DNA from: Candidatus Bathyarchaeota archaeon
GTDB taxonomy: Archaea; Thermoproteota; Bathyarchaeia; TCS64
DNA: 64,000 bases
Assembly: GCA_963769425.1 (NCBI GenBank)
Contig: CAVYLP010000006.1
Span: forward strand, 960,915-1,024,914
Reading direction: 5' to 3'
The position numbers and the translations under genes are program-made. This document shows, one piece after another, positions 48,373 through 59,312 of this stretch (positions within the stretch are counted from its first letter, which is position 1; each line of letters opens with the position of its first letter). A model generated the notes under the pieces. That model was given only the letters and a program-made list of their open reading frames with translations, made no database searches and was not told the DNA's origin.

Positions 48373-48654
48373 TTAGAGAGATTTTTTATCGATTATCTCC
48401 TTAGCAATCTGGTCCTTTGACTTTCCTTCCACGCTTATTCCTAGGCTTAGGGCCACAGTTGTTAACGGGTCTTCGGGGGTCTCCTTTCGTGATTTAGGCT
48501 TCTCCTCGTTATCTATTTCCTTGCTGGCTTTACTGTACTCACCTCTTGCTCTTCCGAGTGCTCTCGCTAGTTCGGGGATCTTGCTTGGGCCCCAGAAAAG
48601 AAGAAGTGCAACTGCTCCGACGATAATAACCAATTCAAGTGGATCGAATGCCAT
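48373..48654 (-). CDS. tatA: Second TatA paralog
   Basis: MAFDPLEL..WGPSKIPELARALGRARGEY, clearly paralogous to 46380. Confidence 0.92.
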   Translation of the reverse strand: MAFDPLELVIIVGAVALLLFWGPSKIPELARALGRARGEYSKASKEIDNEEKPKSRKETPEDPLTTVALSLGISVEGKSKDQIAKEIIDKKSL

Positions 48655-48946
48655 TTTGTATCAATAAAAGTTATTTTTTAGCTATTAATATACATTCTTG
48701 AAAAGGGTGCGATTTTCATCCTCATTTATAAGAATTTATTCCCGAAACGCTCTTTTTAATAAGTGATAATGATTGTAGAAACTGTTATGAATTTCCAATT
48801 AATTTGAGCCATTTATGAATTGCGTGCGCCGAAACCCAATAGCACTTTCGTTCTCATTGTTACTTTCCTCTTCACTACCTTTTCTACATAAAAAACAAAC
48901 AGAAACAAAAAGGCATAAACTATTATTAAACTGGTCGAAGTAACTA

Positions 48947-50239
48947 GTGGACATGAGTTCTTTTTTAAAGGGAAACAACACGATTTTTTTAGTTCCAGGT
49001 CTTTTTCTGATACTACTAGGTATTGGTCTGATGATAGTAGGACCGTTAATAGTATCAGAGTCTTACCACATTTATCCAACGGAAGCAAATTCGACTATTA
49101 ATCCCTCCTCCCAGAATTATCTCTTGACTTGGCTTCCCCAAGGAACAAAAGTAATCTGCGAGATCCATATATCTGGCGGAAATAACAACCTCGATTTTAG
49201 CATCAATAGTCCCTCGAATACGTCTGTAGTCGAAAAGAGAATCATCAGCCCTGAACAAGTAACGTGGACAGCCAACGAAAATGGATATTATAAACTAAAC
49301 TTTGATAATTCGTTTAGTAATGCCACCAAGTATCTCTGGTATGGGGTTGTCTCAGCTGATTTTTCTCATCCCTTCTCCTACTTATTGCGAGATATAAACG
49401 CTAGGGGAGTATCACTTTTTCTCGTATCCTTAGGCGTATTTGTATTACTAATCTGGGGTGTACGCGTTTGGTACCGTAATGAATCGAAAATGAGTCCATC
49501 AAAAGTGAAAGAAACCCGGCGGTTTAAGATCTCCCCTTACCTTTTTCTTGGGTTCATACTCACATTTTTCGGTGTTGGGTTATCTGTAGTTGCCTATTTC
49601 AATTTTGATAGTAGTCTCTTTACAGCAATAGGAATTGCTATAGTTGTTCTGGGTACCACAACCATAATACTCCCGAACGATCCCACCCCACCTAAAAATC
49701 TTTACGCGATGCTTAATTCTTCATTATATAACATTGAAACCATTCTTGAGCAATTCGAAGCCAAAGAAAAAGCTATCTATCTCCCAAGAAAGGAGGGAAG
49801 AACCTATGCATATATACCACTCGGGAAATCAGTTGATGCTAATCTAATCAGTAAGCTATTTGAAGTTTCTCCGAGACTTGTTATAGATATCGATAGGATA
49901 TTAGGGCTGATGATATTTATACCAATCGGTGATGATTTGCTCGAATCAATAAATAAGGATTCTAATGTTGAGACGACTATTAAATACATTCTCGTTAAAA
50001 GTCTAGGACTTGTGCAATCAGTGAAGGCGATTAGAGATAGTGGTGATATCATTATACAAATGAAAGGAAATACACTAAACGTTGATCTCCCGCACTATAA
50101 TGATATCCTTGGTACCCTCCAAACAAGCATCGCCGGTAGTATTCTAGCAAATATCTTCCACGCCCCAATTAGTTTAAAGGAAGAAAAAATTACCGGAAAG
50201 ACGATCATCGCGGTTTTTAGGGTGATAAAAGACGAATAA
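48947..50239 (+). CDS. Membrane protein with GOLD-like beta domain
   Basis: ISGGNNNLDFSI..P, G.Y.L.FDNSFS; several TM segments. Confidence 0.65.
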   Translation: MDMSSFLKGNNTIFLVPGLFLILLGIGLMIVGPLIVSESYHIYPTEANSTINPSSQNYLLTWLPQGTKVICEIHISGGNNNLDFSINSPSNTSVVEKRIISPEQVTWTANENGYYKLNFDNSFSNATKYLWYGVVSADFSHPFSYLLRDINARGVSLFLVSLGVFVLLIWGVRVWYRNESKMSPSKVKETRRFKISPYLFLGFILTFFGVGLSVVAYFNFDSSLFTAIGIAIVVLGTTTIILPNDPTPPKNLYAMLNSSLYNIETILEQFEAKEKAIYLPRKEGRTYAYIPLGKSVDANLISKLFEVSPRLVIDIDRILGLMIFIPIGDDLLESINKDSNVETTIKYILVKSLGLVQSVKAIRDSGDIIIQMKGNTLNVDLPHYNDILGTLQTSIAGSILANIFHAPISLKEEKITGKTIIAVFRVIKDE

Positions 50240-50477
50240 ACAGAAACTCTACATTATAACTCTGGGTCTAACTTTCTTTATATCCCTTATCACTCCTAAA
50301 TTCATCACAGGTAATTTCACAATCGACACTTATATGTACATGATTATTGTATGTTATTTTATTGTAACTATCGCTTTTGAACCGAAACCTTCTAATCTAG
50401 ATATCGTGGGTGGAGTCCTTTTTGTAACGTTTTGCTATTTTGTTATTACAAAAATCCTCAGCCTACTAAATTATTGA
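50232..50477 (+). CDS. 81-aa membrane protein, apparent ACG start
   Basis: Manual translation NKQKLYIITLG...IDTYMYMIIVCYFIVT..LDIVGGVLFVTFCYFVITKIL; in-frame stops just upstream; overlaps the previous stop codon. Confidence 0.6.
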   Translation, partial: TNKQKLYIITLGLTFFISLITPKFITGNFTIDTYMYMIIVCYFIVTIAFEPKPSNLDIVGGVLFVTFCYFVITKILSLLNY

Positions 50478-50867
50478 CATATAGAATAGTCATGCGCGCG
50501 CACCTCGATTCACTCGAGGATTAAAACCTCATATCAAAGAGTAAGCAGCCAATGAAACGGCGAGGAACCCTATTTTAGCTTATTCGGTTCTTTTAGCGAG
50601 ATAAAGTGCCAGTTGCGTTACCAAATCCGTTGAATAGTGTGTATTTCTCTTTTTAAATTAAAGAGGGTTATTTCCATTAGAGATTGAGGGGCACCATGTG
50701 GTGCCGAGTTTTCCATCCGGTATCTTGAATTAAGACTATTTAAAACCAATTATAAATAAAAACTGTATAAAAACGATACGAAATCTATTTGATTAATAAA
50801 TGATATATATTACAGATTAGAATAGAATATAAGACACATAGTAACAATTTGTGAATAACTAGATGAT

Positions 50868-51257
50868 ATGAGGGACGGTTTCTTCTTAACCTTGTTCACT
50901 AAAGAGTTCCTCTCTGGGGTAAGGCGCCAAGCACTACGCAGGCGAGTCTGGTATAGTGCACTTGACGGGTTAGAGAGGGGCATCCTATCAATCGCGGCTC
51001 AGGTGATAGACAATATCAAGAGCAATTTACTAAGCGTTCAGTTAGAGACTATCCTTACAAAGCTCAGAGACGCCTGTAAGTCCGGGTTTGTTAGGTATCT
51101 TGAACGATTTGGGGTTGAGAGGGCACGAGTGGTTCTAGCGGAGGCGTCTAGGCTGGGTTATAAGGACGCTGGGAAGCTTTCGAGGGATCTTGGGTTCATT
51201 AAGTACCTGATGTTTCTCGACTATAATCAACCGGTAGGGTGGAGAGCATGCCGTTGA
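50868..51257 (+). CDS. Basic hypothetical protein
   Basis: RRQALRRRVWYSAL..LERGIL; GC higher than flanks; AT-rich promoter-like region upstream. Confidence 0.6.
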   Translation: MRDGFFLTLFTKEFLSGVRRQALRRRVWYSALDGLERGILSIAAQVIDNIKSNLLSVQLETILTKLRDACKSGFVRYLERFGVERARVVLAEASRLGYKDAGKLSRDLGFIKYLMFLDYNQPVGWRACR

Positions 51258-51308
51258 CGATTGCTTTCGCGCGCTGGCCAAATAAGTTATAGTTGTAGAT
51301 AAATTGAA

Positions 51309-52250
51309 ATGATTGAGCTGATTGATGTAGAGGAAATAGGTAAACCCTCGTACGACGAAACTAAGGTTAGGCCTTATGTTGTTGCCTGCATACCTGCCTA
51401 CAATGAAGAGTTATCTATAGCGACTGTGATTCTCTCCGTCAAACAGTATGTTAACGAAGTAATTGTCTGTGATGATGGATCCACGGATTTTACCAGCGGG
51501 ATCGCTAAAGAACTGGGAGTGACTCTCATTAAGCATGAGAAAAACAGAGGATATGGGGCGTCTATTATCAGTCTTTTTGAGCAAGCCATCAAGGCAGATG
51601 CTGATTACATTATAACCTTCGATAGCGACGGTCAACACCAGGCATCTGATATCCCGACTCTGCTTGATAGGATTAAGCATGGTGACGCCGACATCGTAAT
51701 TGGATCACGGTTCGTAAAAGGAGGTAAATCTCAGGCCCCGTTCTGGAGAAAAGCTGGGATTAAAGTTATTACATTTTTCGCTTCTTATGGTGGTTCAAAG
51801 ATAACCGATGCTCAATCCGGTTTAAGAGTATATACTCGAGAAGCGATTATGAAACTAAAGCTAACGGATGAAGGTATGGGGATAAGTACAGAGATTATAC
51901 TGAAGTCGGCAGATAGCAAACTCAGAATTAAAGAGGTCCCAATATCTATTCTATATGGGAAAAATACTTCTACCGAATTCCCTGTTTCTCACGGACTTAG
52001 CGTATTATTTAGTATCTTCAAGTACATGTCGATGAGAAAGCCACTTCAATTCTATGGTCTATCTGGATTAGTACTAAGTCTTATTTCGATGTTTTTTTGG
52101 ATCTGGACTCTTGATATCTACGCGAAGACTAGTATTTTAACAACTAATATTACTTTATTAGCTATTTTAACATCGATTTTAGGACTATTGTTTATGATGA
52201 CTGGGATTATTTTATGGGGATTCATTTACGTGGTTAGAGAAAAGAATTAG
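51309..52250 (+). CDS. GT2 glycosyltransferase (DPM1-like)
   Basis: IPAYNEE, DDGSTD, DSDGQH, IGSRF, DAQSG. Confidence 0.92.
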   Translation: MIELIDVEEIGKPSYDETKVRPYVVACIPAYNEELSIATVILSVKQYVNEVIVCDDGSTDFTSGIAKELGVTLIKHEKNRGYGASIISLFEQAIKADADYIITFDSDGQHQASDIPTLLDRIKHGDADIVIGSRFVKGGKSQAPFWRKAGIKVITFFASYGGSKITDAQSGLRVYTREAIMKLKLTDEGMGISTEIILKSADSKLRIKEVPISILYGKNTSTEFPVSHGLSVLFSIFKYMSMRKPLQFYGLSGLVLSLISMFFWIWTLDIYAKTSILTTNITLLAILTSILGLLFMMTGIILWGFIYVVREKN

Positions 52251-52280
52251 CTTAAATGAAATAAGAAAATCTATCGAATC

Positions 52281-53486
52281 TTGTTGAATATTTTGATTCT
52301 AGCCCAGTATTATCCCCCGGATATGGGTGGTGGTGCAACAAGGGCATCTAATATGTCAAATGCATTAACATCCAATGATTGTAGAGTAACAGTTGTAACA
52401 TCTTTTCCGCATTATCCAAAGGGTATTATACCAAAGAAGTATAGATGGAAACCTTTGGTTGTGGAAAATAATAATGGAGTTAAAGTGATTAGAACATTCG
52501 TTCCTCCTATTTCATCGAGTGGATTGATAAGAAGAGTTGTTCTCTTTTTTTCATTTATTCTTGGCTGTCTTTATGCGATGCCTCTGGTTGGGGACATAGA
52601 CGTAATCTGGGCTGCAAATCCGAATATTATCTCAGGTTACTCAGCTTTTTTTTACAAGATAATTAAGAGAAAACCAATAATCCAAAATGTAGATGATCTG
52701 TGGCCTGAATCTTTAATTGATTTGAATTGGGCTAATAAAAAAGCTTTAATTGGCTTATTGGAGCAGGTTGCTTCCATAGTATATTCTATCTCTTCAGCCA
52801 TAACACCAATTAGTCCAGCTTATTCTAAAGTATTGATTGATAAATATCATGTTAATCCATCTAAATTAAATGTTATTTATGCTGGTGTCGATCTTGATAT
52901 CTTTAAGTATAAAAACGAGGAGAAAAGATCGCCTCTATTTAAAATATTGTATATTGGATCGTTTTCTCCAGCCTACGATTTTGATCAGATCCTAAATGCG
53001 GCTGAAATTCTTCTTACAGTACCGAATATGCAATTTATTTTACAGGGAGGAGGAGAACTGCTTCGAGGGGTACAGAAGCAAGTCCGAGATAGGAATTTGT
53101 CAAATGTGATTGTCGTCGATAAAATAGTTGATAGGAAAGAGGTCGCTCGGATTCTTTCTGAGGTGGATGTTTTGGTTTTACCACTTGGGGACTTTGATTA
53201 TGTTGAAACGGGACTCTCCTCTAAATTATTTGAATATCAGGCCGCTCAAAAACCGATAATATGTTGTTCTCGGGGTATGCATAAGGAGTATGTCTTATCA
53301 ACTAAATCCGGTCTCGCGGTTGATCCTGGAGACTATAAGTCTTTAGCAAACTCTGTTTTATTCTTAAGGGATCACATTGACTTGTCTAAAGAGTTTGGAT
53401 TAAATGGTAGAAAATTTGTAGAGGATAATTTGACTTTAAAACATATTGGTTTAAAAATGATTAATATTATAAATAATTTAAAATGA
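52281..53486 (+). CDS. GT4 glycosyltransferase (WbuB-like)
   Basis: QYYPPD.GG, FPHYP.G, DLWPESL, SKLFEY.A. Confidence 0.9.
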   Translation: MLNILILAQYYPPDMGGGATRASNMSNALTSNDCRVTVVTSFPHYPKGIIPKKYRWKPLVVENNNGVKVIRTFVPPISSSGLIRRVVLFFSFILGCLYAMPLVGDIDVIWAANPNIISGYSAFFYKIIKRKPIIQNVDDLWPESLIDLNWANKKALIGLLEQVASIVYSISSAITPISPAYSKVLIDKYHVNPSKLNVIYAGVDLDIFKYKNEEKRSPLFKILYIGSFSPAYDFDQILNAAEILLTVPNMQFILQGGGELLRGVQKQVRDRNLSNVIVVDKIVDRKEVARILSEVDVLVLPLGDFDYVETGLSSKLFEYQAAQKPIICCSRGMHKEYVLSTKSGLAVDPGDYKSLANSVLFLRDHIDLSKEFGLNGRKFVEDNLTLKHIGLKMINIINNLK

Positions 53487-53730
53487 GGATTTGTTGAATA
53501 ATTAATTGTTGTCGATGTTATTTATTTTAAGATGTGCGTTTTCTGAAATCCACGAGGCTCTGGATCTGTTCTCACGACCTCAAGGGCAAATATGTAACAG
53601 GAACCAATATACTCAGATCCATGAGATACTGGGAAAAGAGGGTATTCCAGTTTGCGCATTCGCGCGCATGCATAAATTATCAACCCTCTACATTCGTCTG
53701 TCAACATTGAGCAGATAGAGGATGTTTTAA

Positions 53731-54807
53731 CTGAAGATCTCCATCATCCTCGGAACTAGGCCCGAGATCATTAAGATGTCGCCAATCATTCGAGTCTGTG
53801 AGCGGCTCGGAGTCGATTACTCAATCATTCACACTGGCCAGCACTATTCATATGATATGGATCAGATCTTCTTCGACCAGCTCGAGCTTCCTAAACCAAA
53901 TCATAATCTAGGCGTGAATTCGGATAGTCAAGCTGTACAAACTGGCCGAATCCTAATCGGTGTGGAGGATCTCCTGGTAAAGGAGAAACCAGACGTGGTA
54001 CTTGTGCAAGGTGATACCAACACGGTCCTCGCCAGTGCACTAGCTGCATCTAAACTGCATGTAAAGATTGGCCACGTTGAGGCTGGCCTTCGAAGTTATG
54101 ACAGACTTATGCCTGAGGAAATCAACAGGGTGATCACTGATCACCTTTCGGATTACCTCTTCGCTCCAACGGAAACGGCAAAAAAGAATCTTGAGCGGGA
54201 GGGAATTGCAGATAATAGGATCCAGGTTACCGGCAACACAATAGTTGACGCCGTGAACCAAAATTTGGAGTTATCTCGTAAGAAGAGTAGAATTTTAAAA
54301 TCATACAATTTAGAACATAAGAATTACTTCTTGGTGACGGTCCATCGAGCTGAAAACGTCGACTCCGAGGCTAATTTCTCGGAAATAATTAAAGGTCTTA
54401 AAGCCATTCACAAAGAATATGATATTCCAGTTATCTTACCCCTGCATCCTAGATCTTTAAAGATGATGAAAGGATTTAGTTTGGACGCTTCTGGTTTAAC
54501 AATTATACCTCCAATGAATTATCTTGACTTCCTAAGAATGGAGGCTAATGCAAAAGTTATTCTTACTGATTCGGGCGGGGTTCAGGAAGAAGCCTGTATC
54601 TTAAGGGTTCCATGTGTAACACTTAGGAAAAATACAGAACGTCCTGAAACTGTTGAGGTTGGCGCTAATCGGATTGTTGGAACTAGTGTTAAGGGAATAG
54701 TCGAAGGGGTGCATTATGCAATATGTTCCAAAAAGAATTGGTCAAACCCCTTTGGCGATGGACACTCTAGCGAATTTGTTATTAATTATCTGCGCAAGGT
54801 TATGTAG
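53731..54807 (+). CDS. wecB: UDP-N-acetylglucosamine 2-epimerase, CTG start
   Basis: CTG then KISIILGTRPEIIKM, directly after an in-frame TAA; HTGQH, QGDT, HVEAGLRS, TDSGG.QEEA, TERPE. Confidence 0.92.
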   Translation: MKISIILGTRPEIIKMSPIIRVCERLGVDYSIIHTGQHYSYDMDQIFFDQLELPKPNHNLGVNSDSQAVQTGRILIGVEDLLVKEKPDVVLVQGDTNTVLASALAASKLHVKIGHVEAGLRSYDRLMPEEINRVITDHLSDYLFAPTETAKKNLEREGIADNRIQVTGNTIVDAVNQNLELSRKKSRILKSYNLEHKNYFLVTVHRAENVDSEANFSEIIKGLKAIHKEYDIPVILPLHPRSLKMMKGFSLDASGLTIIPPMNYLDFLRMEANAKVILTDSGGVQEEACILRVPCVTLRKNTERPETVEVGANRIVGTSVKGIVEGVHYAICSKKNWSNPFGDGHSSEFVINYLRKVM

Positions 54808-54813
54808 AATAAA

Positions 54814-55756
54814 ATGGATACTGCCAAAATACTGGTAACCGGCGGAGCCGGCTTTATAGGATCTAATCTAGTCAACGAGTCTCGTGAGACGCGGTCATAA
54901 GGTCACTTCTTTAGACCTATACAACACCGACCGTGATGATTATTTCCGAGCTGACGTTCGGAGCTATAGACAGCTTGAGCGGGTCTTCGAAAATAATGTG
55001 TTTGATTACGTGTACCATCTTGCAGCTGAATACGGTAGATGGAACGGTGAGGATTATTACGAGAATCTTTGGGATACAAACGTAGTCGGTACAAAGCACA
55101 TGCTGAGGCTTCAGGAGAAGCTGAAGTTCAAGATGATCTTTTTCTCAAGTGCAGAAGTTTACGGGGACTACGACGGTGTCATGACCGAGGATGTGATGCT
55201 CAACAATCCAATCCGAGACACCTATCAGATGAATGACTACGCTATCTCGAAGTGGGCTGGTGAACTCATGTGCCTCAACTCCGCCAAAATGTTCGGAACG
55301 GAGACAGTAAGAGTTCGGCCTGTAAATTGCTATGGTCCATTAGAACACTATACCCCATACAGGGGATTTATACCCAAGTTTATCTATCATGCACTTTTAA
55401 AAAAGCCTTACACTGTGTATAAAGGCCATAAAAGAATCATTGATTTCGTCGAGGATTCTTGTAGAACCTGGGCTAACATCATTGAGAACTTTATTCCGGG
55501 AGAGGTCTATAATGTTGGCGGCAGGCCAGAATGGGAGATGGACATCAAGGGGTATTCAGATCTTATCTTAAAAGAAGTGGGAATCGATGATTCCATTGTT
55601 ACCTATAAAGAAGCGGAGCCGTACACCACAAAAATTAAAACCATGGACTTTACAAAATCGGTAAGAGATCTGAGGCATGATCCTAAGATCACTCCGGCTG
55701 AAGGCATCAGGAGAACTGTTTCCTGGATGAAGTGGTATTATCGAATGGAGAGTTAG
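54814..55756 (+). CDS. NAD-dependent epimerase/dehydratase (frameshift near 54880)
   Basis: ILVTGGAGFIG in the upstream frame; HLAA, YAISK. Confidence 0.85.
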
Positions 55757-56759
55757 TTGATGAGTGAATACGATGAGACATTCAAGGACAAGACCATTCT
55801 AGTAACTGGTGGAGCAGGGGCTATAGGCGGGACTCTTGTAAGAGCACTTTGTAACTATGATGTTAAAAAGCTCATAGTATATGATAACCTCTCATCTTCG
55901 TATGAATGGAATATTCCTAAAGATCCTAAAATACAGTTCATTGAGGGGGATATCCTGGATAATGAGAAGCTTAGATGGGCCTTCAAGTCAAAACCAAATA
56001 TTGTGTATCACCTTGGCAGCTCACTTTGCGAATCAGAACAGTGTAGATAACCCTGAAACGGATTTAATGGTTAATGGTATGGGTATTCTCAGAGTTCTTC
56101 AATACGCTCATCTAACTGGGGTTGAACGTTTCATTTATTCCTCCTCTGGCTGCGGAGTCTATGGCCTCGAGTCGAAGATGCCATTTGAGGAACACGATAT
56201 ATCGATCAGCCTGTTTACCCCCTACCAAGTTACGAAGATGCTTGGTGAGTTATACACGAATTATTTCCACAACCTCTATGATTTGCCGATTGTAAATGCA
56301 CGCTTTTTCAACTCATATGGACCGGGAGAGGTTCCAGGCCAGTATAGGAACGTTATCCCTAACTTCTTCTACTGGAGTAAGAAGGGATTGCCCTTGCCAA
56401 TAACTGGGACAGGGGAGGAAACAAGAGATTTTACTTATGTAGGGGACATTGTTGATGGCTTGATTGCCATGGCTTATTATGATGAAGCAGTGGGTGAAGC
56501 ATTCAACCTTGGAGCCAGTAGGGAAATCCAAATCAAAGATCTAGCCAAGTGGATCAATGAATTGACTGGAAATGAGGCGGGAGTAGTCTTCAAAGAGAAA
56601 AGGAACTGGGATAAGAAAAGTCACCTATTATCTAGCATCGAAAAAGCCAAAAGAATTTTGAAGTATAAGCCAAAAGTTCAATTCAGAAAAGGTTTAGAAA
56701 ATACTCATGACTGGTTCGTGAAAAACTGGGATGAAATACAAGAAAGTGCAGAATTCTAA
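55757..56759 (+). CDS. NAD-dependent epimerase/dehydratase (frameshift near 56016)
   Basis: ILVTGGAGAIG; HFANQNS, YQVTK, FFNSYGPGE, TRDFTYV. Confidence 0.85.
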
Positions 56760-56825
56760 TAAACTATGATTTGTACCATGATTGATAATGTCGAGTTTTA
56801 AAATTATTTTAAACAGCAAATATTA

Positions 56826-58013
56826 GTGTTTGAGAGGCTTCTTTTGAAAATACTTCAGGTTATCCCTTATTTTATTCCTGCACAAGCGTTTGGAGGCCCA
56901 GTTACGGTAGCTTCTAAAATATCAACTGCATTAGCGAATAGGGGTCATGAAGTAACCGTCTGTACCTCAGATGCTAAAGATTTTAACTCACGACTAAGTG
57001 GAAATTCAATAGAACTTCTTGATGGAGTCAAGGTATTTCGATTTAAAAACTTATCAATGGCGCTTGTTAAAACCTTTAAGTTTTGTGTGACTCCTAGCTT
57101 AGTTCCATTCCTTGAAGAGAATCTTAACCAATTTGATGTTATTCACCTCCATGAATATTTCAGCTATCAAAATATAGTAACCTGCAAATATGCTATAAAA
57201 TTTAAGATTCCATATGTAGTGCAGGCGCATGGGTCTCTAGCGAGAGTTGGTAGTTGGAAAAAACTAAAATTTATGTATGATAAGTTATTTGGAAGCGACA
57301 TTTTAATTAACGCTTCCAAAGTAATAGCGCTCAATGAAACCGAGGTAATTCAGTATAAGCGTATGGGAGTACCCGACAAAAAAATCGTTATTCTTCCGAA
57401 TGGTATTGATCTACATGAAAATGCTTTACTACCTTTAAAGGGAATATTTAAAACGAAATTTAATATTCCTTCATCATCCAAAATCATTCTTTATTTAGGT
57501 CGAATTCATAAAACGAAGGGTATTGATCTATTGGTAATGGCATACTCTTATTTGATAAATATAATGAAAATGACCGATATATCATTGGTTATAGTAGGTC
57601 CTGACGATGGATATTTAATGACTATTAAATCTTTAGTAAATTCATTAGGTGTATCTAATTCAGTATTTTTTATTGGATTTATAAGCAATGAAGATAAACT
57701 CAGTGCCTTTGTTGATGCAGATGTATTTGTTACTCCGGCATTCTCTGGTTTTCCAATCACATTCCTTGAGTCGTGCGAAATAGGAACTCCTATAATCACG
57801 ACTACACTAGGTGACAAATTAGATTGGATTGATGGGATAGTAGGTTATGTTACATCTCCATCAATTGAAGAGTTATCAAAAGCAATATATTCAATTATTT
57901 CTGATCATGAGTTACGTCAAAAATTTTCGGATAGTTGTTTAAGCATTGTAAAATCTCGATTTTCATTAGATATCATCATTAGTGATCTAGAAAAACTCTA
58001 TGAAGAAGTTTGA
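56826..58013 (+). CDS. GT4 glycosyltransferase
   Basis: PAQAFGGP, LPNGID, YLGRIH..KG, FP...LE. Confidence 0.88.
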   Translation: MFERLLLKILQVIPYFIPAQAFGGPVTVASKISTALANRGHEVTVCTSDAKDFNSRLSGNSIELLDGVKVFRFKNLSMALVKTFKFCVTPSLVPFLEENLNQFDVIHLHEYFSYQNIVTCKYAIKFKIPYVVQAHGSLARVGSWKKLKFMYDKLFGSDILINASKVIALNETEVIQYKRMGVPDKKIVILPNGIDLHENALLPLKGIFKTKFNIPSSSKIILYLGRIHKTKGIDLLVMAYSYLINIMKMTDISLVIVGPDDGYLMTIKSLVNSLGVSNSVFFIGFISNEDKLSAFVDADVFVTPAFSGFPITFLESCEIGTPIITTTLGDKLDWIDGIVGYVTSPSIEELSKAIYSIISDHELRQKFSDSCLSIVKSRFSLDIIISDLEKLYEEV

Positions 58014-58157
58014 TAATCTTGATGATTTATTTTATTATCTATTTGACCAATATACCGAGTCTCTACACTTTTTAATGTCCGGATTAATTTACTATGGCTT
58101 AAAAACGTAAACTTATTTCATCCCTTGCGTGATATTATATGAAATCTGGTTTTTTCT

Positions 58158-59305
58158 ATGAGTAGAATAATTTATATAATTGATAATAGCGTTGAATTGA
58201 CTTTAACTAATCCTTTAATTAGTAAATGTGAGTCTCAATTAAATAATTTAGAAAAATTGGGATTCGATACTTTATTATATTATGCGGTAGAAAATAGATT
58301 TATTAAGTATCAATAGACTTGAAAAAAAGCCGATTAGTGAACGAAATGATATTGGTAGATATTTTAACTACGCGATAAAACGAACCGTATGTGATATTAA
58401 TATATATAAATTATTATCTTCTTTAAAAGATGATGATATAGTATATATGAGATATCCTATACCTTCGATAATTCTATTTTTTGCATTTAATAAAAAGAGG
58501 AGATGTAAAATTGTTATGGAATTTCAAAGTATTGAATTTTTAGAATATAAAATAAATCACATGTATATTTTTATGATTCTTGACTTAATTTTTGGGAGTT
58601 CAATAAGAAGTAAATTTGATGGATTGGTAAGTGTAACTAATCAGATTAAAGAATATGAGTCAAGAAAAGCTGGTAATCCGAATATCCCTAGTATTTTTAT
58701 TGGAAACGGTATTAACGTTAACTCAGTAAAGATGCGCTCGGTTCCTTATTTTTCTGGTAAAGAATTGCATATTTTGTGTGTTGCTAATATTAATCATTCG
58801 GCATGGAATTGATAGGCTATTAAATGGATTATCAACTTATAATGGAAAAATAAATATCATTCTGCATATTGTTGGTGACAAAAATCTAAAATTTTTTAAA
58901 AATAATTCCAATTTGAATACAAATTCAAAGAAAATTGTTTTCCACGGATATTTAACTGGTTCAAAGCTTGATGATTTATTTGATGTTTGCCATATTTCTG
59001 TGGGCAGCCTTGGTCTGCATAGAATTGGGTTAATAGAGGGTACGCCGTTGAAATCTCGAGAGTATTGCTCACGCGGTATCCCCTTCTTTATCGGTTATAT
59101 TGATCCTGATTTTGATACCGATTTTCCATTTATTTTAAAAATACCTATGGACGAAAGCCCTGTTATTATCGAAGATATCACCGATTTTGTTACAGGAATA
59201 TATGTAGATAAAAATCATAATGAGAAAATGAGATTATATGCATTGAATAATTTAGACTGGTCTGTAAAGATGAATAAAATAAAAAATTTTTTAACTTCGA
59301 TTTAG
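58158..59305 (+). CDS. GT4-like glycosyltransferase with two frameshifts (~58320, ~58800)
   Basis: YMRYP, IGNGI, HGIDRL, GSLGLHR, LKSREYC.RGIPF distributed across frames. Confidence 0.7.
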
Positions 59306-59312
59306 CTTATGA

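Noticed and set aside
54814-59305. Programmed frameshifting or phase variation in glycan genes
   Set aside because: The same kind of break occurs throughout the window, including the bacterial segment; better explained as read error.
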